Assembly: GCA_021432655.1 (NCBI GenBank)
Contig: MU271332.1
Span: 20,944 to 84,943, forward strand
Source: Atractiella rhizophila
Taxonomy: Eukaryota
DNA length: 64,000 nucleotides
Reading direction: 5' to 3'
In this document: piece by piece, positions 23,357 to 34,392 of the stretch
Position numbering within the stretch: position 1 is the first letter of the stretch
Layout of the letters: each line of letters begins with the position of its first letter
The notes under the pieces: model-generated
What the model saw: the letters and a program-made list of their open reading frames with translations, nothing else
Databases searched by the model: none
Told to the model about the DNA's origin: nothing
Made by a program: the position numbers and the translations under genes

Positions 23357-26162
23357 TCAAACAATCACACACCTCCTACGCCGAGGAGGTTTCTGTTGTG
23401 CACCCGCCTGACCGCCTCTCGACACTCTTATCCGCCTCACCACATTATAGTAAGCCGTCTCAAGGTTCGTCCTCGTCTTTGCCGACGTCTCGATGAACTC
23501 GCACCCGAACTGTCTCGCAAGCATCATCCCCTCTTCCCTCCCCACCTCACGCTCCGAAGCCCGGTCCGACTTGTTCCCAACCAAGATGACGGGCACGGTC
23601 TCGTTATCTTTCACCCGGCTGATCTGACGACGGAACAGGTCGATCCTCTCAAACGTTGCCCGGGAGGTTATTGAATAGACCAGCATGAAACCTTCTCCCT
23701 CCCTATTTTCGTTCTCTCAGCGATCTCGTCTCTCTAACAACAACAGAAACAGAAACAGATAGAAGGAAACAGGCCGCACCGAATCCATTGGTCCCGTAGC
23801 GCGGTATACTCCTCTGTATCAGTCATCAAGTCAGATTCGATCGCAACACGGTTGGAGCAGAGCAACCACCATACCTTGACCTGCGGTATCGAGGATCTCT
23901 AACAGACAAGGCTGGCCATCGATGACGGCAGGTTTACGATACGAGTCTTCTATCGTTGGATCATATGTCTCTATCCGTGCAACTCACATCAACGGGATCC
24001 TTTGACAACACAGGCGATGGGAAAAGGCGAACCGATAAAGTGATTCAAACACAATTGAATCGTCAGGGCCGTCTTGCCCACACCCCCGTCCCCTACACGA
24101 CCAAACCAACCCAACAAGTACATTCAATACCGTTGTAGCGTCGGACCATATCGAGACTCTTACCCAAAACGACCTAAACCCGCCGAGAAGCACCAATTAG
24201 TCCCACGCTGACATAACACACTTCTCTCCTGTCAGTGAGTCTGACAGTTCGACAGCACTCTTCTTCTTCCTTCTGAACAAAGGCAAGGCAGAACAACGGC
24301 AAGGAAGATGAATGGCCGCCTTCATATTCGGAATCCAGGATCCTTCCATCCTCCGAACCTTGCATGCCGACCTTCTGGAGGGGAACGATTCATCATTGTC
24401 TCCCGCGTTTTCATTTCGGCCGCATGCAGAGCGATTCAATGATCCCACATTCCACACAACAGATCCCAGATTCTCAGCCCATGCCCATCTCGAGTGCGTC
24501 TCATCTGATAAGCCCTTGTGTGTGGACTGTGAACACAAAAGGCCTGGTGATGTCAAAGCCACAAGGGTCACCCTCCTCTGAATTTTCGGCCGCAATGCGT
24601 GATGGGCTCTCGCTGCGTTTTCATTTGGTACATGGCATGGCGTCCCCCTACCAGCCGTCTGGCCATCACATTAGACTGTTGATGCTCAGCAATGCCAAGG
24701 CGCCGACTGCCCTCGTCCCTCGTCCGCACAGCCCAAAACCAAGTGCTCGCCAACAAGAAGATTAGGCAAGGCTCACTCTTCTCTTCACCCTCGTCCCTCG
24801 AAATCCCAACGGGATTGTAGTTGCAGCCTTCATTTTCGCTCACAATGAGCAAATGGAAGTTCCGTAGTCCTCGGACTCCTCCCATTGAGAAATCAGGGGT
24901 GACGCTGTCACCTAACTGACCTTCTTTGTCTTCCCTCGCCTACTCCGTAACCCTCTCTATAACCACCTCCCCATGAACAAATGAGAAATAAAAAATAAAT
25001 TGACAATAATAATAATATATCTCCGCCGCCTTCATTCTGCAAGGATGGGTATTCTGTATTTTATTTGAGGACATGAGCGAGGAGAGGGAGAGAGGACGCA
25101 AATACATGTTTCCCGCAATGGGATGGTCAAACAAAAGTCAACAAAGTATTTGTGGAAACAGGCGATCGCATTGAATCATGAAGGCCTTCTAGTCCCTCCG
25201 CGTTCGAATGTCATCAACGAAAGAGATGAGGTACGAGAAAAACACATGAACCAAAATGACTGTGTGTGCGAAGAGTGGCAAAGCACACTTTCACATCTAC
25301 CGGCGGCCAATCGGCCACCCTACCATTGCGAGGCTCGACGGAACACGGAAGGGAAGTAGGTTCTCAACGCTCCTCGCCACTCCCGGTCACTCCCTTGCCT
25401 TCCAAATGCCTGAGCGCAGGTAGCCTCTGGGCAGAAAAATGAATGATGAAAACACGATCCATCAATGAATTCAAAGATCGCATTGAATCATGAAGGCCTT
25501 CTAGTCCCTCCGCGTTCGAATGTCATCAACGAAAGAGATGAGGTACGAGAAAAACACATGAAATAAAATGACTGTGTGTGCGAAGAGTGGCAAGGCACAC
25601 TTTCACTTCTACCCGGCGGCCAATCGGCCACCCTACCCATAGCGAGGCTCGACGGAACACGGAAGGGAAGTAGGTTCTCAACGCTCCTCGCCACTCCCGG
25701 TCACTCCCTTGCCTTCCAAATGCCTGAGCGCAGGTAGCCTCTGGGCAGAAAAATGAATGATGAAAACACGATCCATCAATCAATGAATTCAAGTTCAAGT
25801 TCCGGTTGGGTGTTGAGTGATATGAGCCATATTAACGGGTTTGACTCCGCCTCTAACCGCTCCAAACCGCCCTGAGGTGCGAAGTTCCGAGGGAGAGAGA
25901 TGGGGATATGGAGAGGAGGATGGGAGCGAGGATAGGGAGATGAATGGGAGAGGATAGGAAGTTGTTTTGCACGCGCGCAATTCCAAATTCCCATCTTCCA
26001 CCACCCTCGCGCGGCGAACGAACACGCCACCACTCCCGCCCTCGCCCCCAAACCGCCTCGCACCACGACCACCATGCACACGGGACTCGCGAGGGCGACC
26101 CCGAAGAGGAAAGAAAGGAAGAAGGAAGGAGATGAGCGACTTACGATCTTGTATTGCATCAT
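23357..26162 (-). CDS. ras2: Ras small GTPase, fungal Ras2 type
   Basis: Spliced [42 protein letters not shown]...[26 protein letters not shown]...LVGNKSD...ETSAK. C-terminus is polybasic with CaaX (RRRRCVIV*). Confidence 0.95.
25164..25792. repeat. ~312-bp head-to-tail duplication inside ras2 intron 1 (25164-25474, 25476-25792)
   Basis: The units differ by a few SNPs and 1-4 nt indels. An extra 'a' sits at 25475. Confidence 0.95.
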
Positions 26163-26532
26163 GTTGGCTGTCAAACGAAGAAAGTCCGAATAGATATGAT
26201 GCGAAATATGAAAGCAGGTTCAGTCGTTCGTGTAGAGTCGTGAGTTGCTTCGTAGAGGTGAATATGTACGGGGGTTCGTTGGTATCGGAAGGATGTGGAC
26301 GTAGTTTGTCAAGTGGATCCCTGATTCATCAGCTACATCGTCACTCTTTGTCACTCATTATTGTGCATTAATAGTCATCATCACGCATTATTGCCCATCA
26401 TATTGCTGCATCAACGTCACCACACGGCATCCAGATTTCTTTCCTTCTCTTCTCCACTTCCCTCATCTCATCCATCTTTCTTGCTCTTCATCCACTAGCA
26501 CTCGCAGGTCATTACTCATCTCATTACTCAAA

Positions 26533-27371
26533 ATGGTGCAAGACTTCCGCGCCACCCATTCCTACTCGTGTGTCTACCCACCCACCCAGCAAAACATTAC
26601 TAACAAGAGTCGCATAGCCGTCCCTTCCACACACTCGTCCTCTCCTTCTACCTACGCTATCCCAACCCCTACTCCACCCACGTCATAACCGCCGACGTCC
26701 TCTCGCGCTCCCTCTCCCCGCACACACACACCCTCTCCACGGTCCGGCTGCTCCGGAAGAGAGGAAAGGTGCCGAGCATCTTTGGAAACATCACCGACTC
26801 GTGGATCGTCGAAGAGTCCGTCCTCGACCTTCGGAGCGGCGGCTTGGACGTGCGGACGCGGAATGTGGACCATAGGACTTATTTGGAGGCCGTCGAGGAT
26901 CTGAGGTTCAGACCGCTGAGATCGTTTGACGTCGATTCGCAGAATTGGGTCGGTGGGACGTGGGTCGAGAGCGAGGGGTGGGTGAGGTGCAATAAGGGGA
27001 TGAGGAGCTTTAGGAAGGCGGTGGAGGGGTATGGGATCGGGAGGTTACAGAGAGGGATGGAGAAGGTGCGTTTCCTCTTTCTCTCTTCACTATAAATTTA
27101 AAGACGGGTGATTTTTTATTTTGGGACGACGTAGGCTAGATTGGGCCTCCAGACGGTGCTGGAGAGGATGGACGACCCCGAGACGCGCGAAAAAATCATC
27201 AATGGAACCTCCACCATCCCACAACAGTCCACTCCGTCGTTGCTCGCCCTGGCGAAGATGAAGAAGAAAACGGATACGGAAGGAGAGGGATGGAGGTTGA
27301 GAGAGCGGATGACGTTTTGGAAGTCGCGCACACAGACGGCCGGGAGCAAAGAAGAGGAGGTCACTGGTTGA
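26533..27371 (+). CDS. PRELI/Ups1-like mitochondrial intermembrane lipid-transfer protein
   Basis: MVQDFRATHSY|...FYLRYPNPYSTHVITADVLSR...RLLRKRG...SWIVEESVLD...TRNVDH. Two introns. Confidence 0.88.
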
Positions 27372-27722
27372 TATCAATCTGTGCTGGGTCGTGTTTTCGT
27401 TTCGTTCGTGTATATCTTTTGGGAGTGCGGGTTGTCTTTGTTGTAGCAGTATAGTCGTCACAATGTACATATTTTACCATTCCTCCATCACTCTCTTACT
27501 GTATCACACAGAATTGAGAATTTGAGTAAGCACACGGTGTTCCCCAGTTTCGGGTTGTGTTTTGTGAGATCGACAGCACTACCTCCTCTTCCGTGAGCTA
27601 ACCACTTTCTTTCATCCACTCTTTCTCCTTTCACCTTTCACCCTCGCCTCCTTCAGACCCTCCTCTCTCTTTAGTACAAATATCTCTGGATGTTACATCT
27701 ATCGTGAGATTGTGACAACAAC

Positions 27723-30700
27723 ATGAACTTTCCTTCCTTCTCTTCCAAACGGCAGTCGGCGCACCAACCCTCTTCGCTCTCCCTCCGTCCGCCTTCTTCC
27801 TCCTCCGCCCACTCCGTCCCAACCCTCTCTCCCTTCGGCAACGCAACCTCACCGCTGGGAAACACGGCGCTGGGAAGCGGAATTGGAAGCGCGGGATTCA
27901 TACCGCCCTCCCCCCTCGACATCGGAGTCCTCACTGCTTTTCCTGCTCCGCCGAGACCTCCTCTCGCTTCGAAATCAAATTCCAAATCGTCCATGTCGCC
28001 TCCTACCAGCCCATCACATGGAGACGAGGAAGAGGAAGAAGGGTATAGTTATGGGGAGAGCGAGAGCGAGGGTGATGGAGATGTGGATGTGGTGACGGTG
28101 GAAACGAAGAGGAGGAGGAAGAGAGATAGTTGGGAGTCCGCTGTCACTCATAGGAGCTTGGTGTTGGAGTTTGAGAGGGAGAGGGAGGTCCCACCGCCTC
28201 TGCCTGTTAAGTCTTCTGTCAGACAGTCCCTGGTGTTTGCGAATCCACCCGCTCTCGCGAAGGAGGAGCGGGAGGAGGCAGTGGAAATACTGAGCAGTGG
28301 AGAGGAGGATGAGTTCGAGGAGGCCTTAGAAGGCGACAACAGTGACGCAGAAGACTTTCAAAGTGTGTATCCTCTCAAATCCATAGTCTCTGCAGGGGTC
28401 ATGACATGCTGTTTAACAGGTGCATATGGAGGAGACAATGATGCAGACACCCTGTCAGCGCCTCCCTCGCCCGGCCAGCCTTCTTCTACTCCGTTCGCCC
28501 TCTCGACCTCGAAAACAGTCTCAGACGCCACGTTCTCGATAGAAGACGACTCCCTCTTCTCCTCCCCACCAGACAACCGGTCCTCTCGCTCCACAACCTT
28601 CGAGCGTGACGAGGAGAGGAAGCATTCTTCATACGTCTCCATTTCAGGAATGGCGATGGGGTGGACGAAGGAGGAGCAAGTGCAGGCTGCGGCAGAAGAG
28701 TACGAGCGAAAGTGGGTGGAGAGTGCTTTGGTCACTTTGCCGATGGAGAGGAACGCGAGCAACGCCTCTTCCACCTCCTTATCCTCCTTCATCCTCACCA
28801 ACACCCTCTCCCTCTCTCCCCTCCCTTCTCCCTCCAACTCCGCACCGTCACCTTCTCCTCCCCTCCGCGCATCAGCAATCCATCGCGCCTCCCTCCCCCT
28901 CTCCCCCGCTAGACGTCTCTCCACTTTGACACACTCCCATTCCCACTCTCACAATTCCACTTCGTCTTCTTCTTCTCCCTCGTGGACCGTCAACAGGAGA
29001 CAATCGTTTGACTTCCAGCCAAAGAACTTTATCCTCACGCCGAACCGAACAGCCAAAAGCCCAATCACCTCCGCTCCCCCTCCTCCCGGGTCCACCTCTC
29101 CCACTCCCGGTACAAGCACGAGCTTGAAGCGCGACTCGGCCCAGTCCGGACTCTCACTCTCCACCTCGTCCTTATCTTTGTCAGGAAAGGGGTCGAGGGA
29201 AGACCTAAGGAGCGTCAGCCCCATCCTCGCTGGTGGTGGAGGAAGAAGGGCCAGTGCGAGGTTGAGCTTCGGGGTGGGAGCGTTGGGGTACTTGAGGGAG
29301 AGACCGGAGGAGGAGAGGGAGGATGGGGATGAGGAGGCGGTGGAAATCGTACATTCGCCCGGGGTGATTGAGGTCGAGGAAACTGTTTTCCTCCTCGATG
29401 CTAGTCCCGAGGCGAAGGCGATGGCGACGACGGAGGGAGAGCGAATGGAGAGGAAAAGAAGGGGTGGTGTGGAAGAGGAGGAGGAGGCGCCGGAGGCGAT
29501 TAAAGTCACGCCTGCAACACCGGTGGACGCGGAGAGGTTTCAGGACATTCAGCGCGAAGCTGAAGTGCCTGACCTTCCTGAACTTCCCTCACCACCACCA
29601 GCGTCACCGTCCCCACCTCCGCCTTCGAAGAACAGTAGGCCTGAACCCATTCGTCCATCCCCCACATCCCCCGTCCTCCCATCCTCTCCTACTCAAGTAA
29701 ACATCGCCCCCTGGCCACCAGTCACGGCTGCAGAAGCGCGCCATGCTTCGTCGCCATCGCCTCCTCCAGTCCATCACGCTTCTTCTCCCTCTCCTCCTCC
29801 TTCAACCTCGACCTCACCCACGCCTCCTCCAACTTTGCCCACAAAGTCTACATCGCGCTCGAAGGAGAAAGGAAAGGAAAGAGAGCGTTCCATCTCCTTC
29901 ACACAAGGCGGAGTCGGAGTCGGAGGACATGTAAGTCCGCCGAAGAGGATGAGCTCGATGCCCATGAAGAATATGGATGCGAGAAAGAGGAGGATATCTT
30001 ATGCGGACGAGCCACCGTTGCCATCCAGTCCATCCGTCTCCAGTGGAGGCGAGTACTCTGCCGGCGGCGGGGGGAGGATGAAGAGTCGAACGACGTATGG
30101 TCATGAACAGAGAAGAGGACATGGACGGAGGAGTCGATCATCCGTCGACCTCAGGAACGAGATCAGCGAGCTCGAGCATTCGCACTCCTCCTCTCCCTCT
30201 CCTTCTCATTCGTATTCCCATTCGCGATCGAAAGCAAACAACGTCCCCATACGGCGCAGGGTCGAGTCGATCGAGTCTTCCCAACAGAGGAGAGAGGCGG
30301 ACCTACCCTCTGTTCCCGCTGAGAGCTCGACGAGGAGCGAGAGGCGAGCATCGAAGAGGTCCTCTCACGCTAGTAGGCTGTCGAGAGCCCAGAGTCCTGC
30401 ATTCCCCATCTTCTCGTCGTGTTTCGAACCGATTTCGGACGAGTTCGATGGCAAGGGATTCTCGTTTTCTCCTTCCGCATCTATTGGATCTGTTGGAACG
30501 GGTGCGGGACAGGGTCTTGGGTACAGGATGGGAGAGGACGATGTCCAGCCTTCGACGCCGAAGAGTCCGATGAGTTTCAAATCTGAGGCGTCGGGAGGGA
30601 GCGTGGGCAAGAACCCGAACGGTAGCAGTAGTGGCGGAGGTTTGTTGGGCAAGTTGGGCCTCAAGAAGAAGCCGAAGAAAAAGGACATCTCCGCTCCGAT

Positions 30701-31004
30701 GGGCATCACGGCGGAAGGAGTGGATGTGCTCAACCTGTTCCAGATGGACGAAAGCAAGTTTTCGGACGCGACAAGGGGCAGTTTGAAGGAGAGAGAGAGG
30801 AAGGTGTCTAAGAAAATGGAGTTACCACCTGGTTTGTCCATTCATTTTCTTTCCCTGAGATATAGGAAGGTGACGGTTGATGTAGGACTCGGAATGGAAG
30901 GACGTCCCATGGGACAGCGTAAGGAGAGGTCCCGGACCTTGTCCCATAATGGAAATGGAGCTCCTGTCCAACAAAAGAGACGGACGAGTCACGCCGTCAT
31001 ATAA
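27723..31004 (+). CDS. Large low-complexity S/P/E-rich hypothetical protein
   Basis: 1093-aa ORF, probably containing short in-frame introns near 28363-28420 and 30832-30886. KKKDISAPMG segment near the C-terminus. No folded domain recognised. Confidence 0.7.
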   Translation: MNFPSFSSKRQSAHQPSSLSLRPPSSSSAHSVPTLSPFGNATSPLGNTALGSGIGSAGFIPPSPLDIGVLTAFPAPPRPPLASKSNSKSSMSPPTSPSHGDEEEEEGYSYGESESEGDGDVDVVTVETKRRRKRDSWESAVTHRSLVLEFEREREVPPPLPVKSSVRQSLVFANPPALAKEEREEAVEILSSGEEDEFEEALEGDNSDAEDFQSVYPLKSIVSAGVMTCCLTGAYGGDNDADTLSAPPSPGQPSSTPFALSTSKTVSDATFSIEDDSLFSSPPDNRSSRSTTFERDEERKHSSYVSISGMAMGWTKEEQVQAAAEEYERKWVESALVTLPMERNASNASSTSLSSFILTNTLSLSPLPSPSNSAPSPSPPLRASAIHRASLPLSPARRLSTLTHSHSHSHNSTSSSSSPSWTVNRRQSFDFQPKNFILTPNRTAKSPITSAPPPPGSTSPTPGTSTSLKRDSAQSGLSLSTSSLSLSGKGSREDLRSVSPILAGGGGRRASARLSFGVGALGYLRERPEEEREDGDEEAVEIVHSPGVIEVEETVFLLDASPEAKAMATTEGERMERKRRGGVEEEEEAPEAIKVTPATPVDAERFQDIQREAEVPDLPELPSPPPASPSPPPPSKNSRPEPIRPSPTSPVLPSSPTQVNIAPWPPVTAAEARHASSPSPPPVHHASSPSPPPSTSTSPTPPPTLPTKSTSRSKEKGKERERSISFTQGGVGVGGHVSPPKRMSSMPMKNMDARKRRISYADEPPLPSSPSVSSGGEYSAGGGGRMKSRTTYGHEQRRGHGRRSRSSVDLRNEISELEHSHSSSPSPSHSYSHSRSKANNVPIRRRVESIESSQQRREADLPSVPAESSTRSERRASKRSSHASRLSRAQSPAFPIFSSCFEPISDEFDGKGFSFSPSASIGSVGTGAGQGLGYRMGEDDVQPSTPKSPMSFKSEASGGSVGKNPNGSSSGGGLLGKLGLKKKPKKKDISAPMGITAEGVDVLNLFQMDESKFSDATRGSLKERERKVSKKMELPPGLSIHFLSLRYRKVTVDVGLGMEGRPMGQRKERSRTLSHNGNGAPVQQKRRTSHAVI

Positions 31005-31439
31005 GCATCAAGTTACCCATTCAGATAATCCCTTCTCGCTCGTTACTTCTCATATTTAGTAAGCTAGAAGCATCATCCGCGTTATAATTCCTCGTTTATT
31101 CGTGAGAACATCATCTGGATGCTTCTGGGATCTACGGTTATTTAAGACCATCCGTTTAAAAGCTCTTCAATTCTTCGAGTCCTCGACTACAGGCTTTGAT
31201 GTACTTTCACCTTCGTCTTTCTTCAATCCTTCCTTTCTTAGAAAACTGTTCAACGTGTTGAAACGAGCTGGACTGAGTAGTATGATTGTCTTTGATTTGT
31301 TTTATTTCAAGTTGTTTGAGATATTTATGCAATCATTAACACCTATATGCATACTCACTACGTTACTGCCATCTTCTGCCACGGAGTTTGCAATGTCGCT
31401 TTGTTGGCTGGGGACGACTATGAGAAAGAACAACGTTCG

Positions 31440-32306
31440 TTACGCCAGTCCCTCTTTGACTGCAAACTCTACATAACATTGCGCCGTATCGCTCAGCGTC
31501 CACTCGCTCTTTTCTTCAGGGAGATCTGCATCGGGAGGTGAAAGGAGGTGCCAGCCGTTTCCTGGAGGGAGGAGAGAGGCAAAAAATTGTTCAAAGAAAG
31601 GCGACGTAGGTGGGAGGTAAGGCAGTGGTGTATACTCCAGCTGATTGTCCTTCAGCTTTGCGTGCATCGAAGAACAGTCAGTCATACCTCCACTATTAAG
31701 CCCTTATATTGTCCAGGGTTTCCTTGCGTCTCCAAATTCCCTACCCTGACTATCCAATCCCCCCTGGCCAATGAGTAAACCGCTGCCTCCCTCCCTACGT
31801 TGAACCCGGTCGCGTTCTTCATGTCCCATTTGAGATCTGGGTGACTGGAAGAGATGTTGGTGAGGAAAGGCATGAATTGTTGATGAGGAAAGGTTGTCAC
31901 TGTCCGTGAGTCTGGACGCGAAGTGTTGGTGGTGACGATAACGACCTCCTCAGGTTTGTTGGTGCTTTGGAAGTAGTGAAAAGCGCGTCCTTGAGTTCCC
32001 TTATATGTTCGAAGGAACGCTGTAAACCGTGCCTGCTCCTTGGGTAGCTCTGTGGCCTACATAATTGACAGAGTGAATAACGACGGTCGAATATCAGGCG
32101 CGGAATCTACCTGGAGCACTTTCTCTAGGGTGGTACGAATGTTGGAGATTGCAGTCGGCGGAGCCGCTGGCCAGCGCGCTATGGACGTGGAACGCATGAG
32201 CTAATGTAAGAGGTCATTACAATATTTTCCCTCGGTCAAAAATGTCCCTGCAGTACGGCTTTTACCCTTCCTGTCAAGAGGCAAATGAAAATGCATGCGT
32301 CCCCAT
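31440..32306 (-). CDS. Probable Mediator subunit 20 (Srb2/Med20); start uncertain
   Basis: ARWPAAPPTAI near the N-terminus and GDWIVRVGNL...KGLIVE|LEYTP, resembling fungal Med20. Confidence 0.6.
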
Positions 32307-32972
32307 AACAAGCGAACAGCCAGAAAAACGACTACAAAGCCTTTTACGCATCATTTCCAGAGTATCCATACAGCATATTCCATCCTTAAACTCCATTTTT
32401 ACTTCCACAATGAAACATTTTGGGAGGATGTTGACGCCTCGACTTTGCAACTACTTTAGACAGCATCCTATTATTCAATTTCTTGGGAGTACATATTTCC
32501 ATGCCAAATAGGTATCACACGACGGCTTTAATTTCCAGGACGTGGAACGACAGAAAATCTCCTGACGATGACTGAGGAACTGCACTCCATTTGACTGAGG
32601 TACAAGCATATTCGCTCCATTCTGTTTTCATACACGAAGCTGTCATGGTTGATGTTGAACTGCTACAATATCATAGCACATTCAACGCTAGCACTGGTGC
32701 GAAGACAATGTTAGACAGGTAGAGAAGAGACAGACCTGAAAACCCTGGCTAGAACTCCGGGAATTATCTAACATGGAGAGCATGGACACGGTTCGGAACC
32801 CTAAATCATTGCACTTGCACAAAGGACACATGTCGTTGATACGTCGCGTGAAGCCGTGGAATGCTGAGGATGGATATGGTATTAATTTTTCAAAACAGGA
32901 CAGAGTATTTTCAATCGCCATGAATTGATTGCAATTTACTCTAATCAAGTGTTTTATATCCAGCTGACACTA

Positions 32973-34085
32973 TCAACCTGAAGGACTCTGCTTCAGACGG
33001 TAAATGAAGTAATGAAATGAATCTCCAATAGTCTTAACATCCAATACCCAACGTTCCGCCTCTTCTGGGCGTGGCGGCAACAAGTAGCGTTTCCGGAAGT
33101 GAGGCTGAGCGAAAGAGCTGCACAAGAATCTCATCAAAAAGCATGTCTTTGCTAGTTAGATGAAACGAACACGTAAATAAAGACTCCATCATCCTTCAAT
33201 ACCCTAATTGACAGAATTGTGAGCACGTTTAAATTGTATTCATGGTGAGGAGGATAAAAGTCGCACCGCCGGACTTCGGCCATTTCCTTTTCCACATTTT
33301 CAACTACATCTTGAGGAGGATTCTTCACATTCGATAGGTCAGCCAGCATATTATAGAAATAAAGAAGTGACAGACCCATATATCCCCTTTATAGCATAAA
33401 AGCGCGTCCATCGTCCCTATTACATCTCCATAAGTTGAATAACCATAGCGCAACTGCCATTTCAAAACTCCAAGACAACAAACCTTTATCTACCACGACG
33501 TCGTAACTCTTCTTCTCGAATGGGAGGTCCCTAATGTCTGCTATTATCCCTGAATGGACCGGCTTCAAAAGCTGTTTTCCATGTTAGCTGGAAAGGGACG
33601 AACAACGCATGCCTTTCCATTCCTGATTTGAATAGCGTTGTTTCATGTTTTCGATCACAATTTCTGAAAAATCAATATTGTCGATATTGGTGTATCCATC
33701 AAGATACATCTCTTCTGATAAACCTGCCGGAAAAAAGTCCTCAGTTTTTGTAGCAAGGCGGAGAGAGCAGGATGCACGAGAGTTCCCACATCCCAGCATC
33801 AAAACCTTCATATCTGCCTTCGGTTTGGAAGGTAGGAGGGATTCGAAGACACTTTTGATGTCAGCATATGATTTAAACCAATCATAAGTTGCATCCGAGG
33901 ATTCTCTCTCCAGTGAACAGGATCAGCGAGTCGCCAGCTTTCCTGCAAAATAACTCACTTTGAATAACGTTCGTCCCAATACTCTCTTGTACTATAACTC
34001 ACGTTTGACTAAGTAGCAAGCGAGAAATCATTTATCTATATCAGAGTTGGAAAGCAAAAATGCTGACATCTGGCAAAAGCTCCAT
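32973..34085 (-). CDS. Class I SAM-dependent methyltransferase, EEF1AKMT4/METTL13-N-like
   Basis: YSTREYWDERY, YDWFKSY, VLMLGCGNS|LSEEMYLDGYTNIDNIDFS, YDVVVDK|GTMDALL, RVLKDDGVFIY and SFAQPHFRKRYL. Confidence 0.9.
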
Positions 34086-34392
34086 CTCAATTGATCTTGT
34101 TCTTCGAGTTTGAGCGTGTGGCAGTGCGTATTTTTCCTTATGGCGATGCCAGATATACCTGTTGTACTCTCAGGGAACAGGTTTATTATTTTCTGCAACG
34201 ATCTTCGAAAGATGGAGTACACAAAGTTCGCGCCATTTTCTGCCCTGCGTTTTGTGGTGCAAGACGATCGATTTTGGCTCTTCTTTGTACGACCAAATTA
34301 TCTCTCATTTCCAGACTCGTAGTGAACATTCAGCACACAGTTTATGCTTACGACTTTCCTGTTTTGTGTATCTCTAATAAAACCATCTCAAA

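Noticed and set aside
24197..24885. Overlapping 90-130 aa ORFs inside ras2 intron 1 as a nested gene
   Set aside because: They have no recognisable motifs, mostly non-ATG starts, and lengths compatible with chance.
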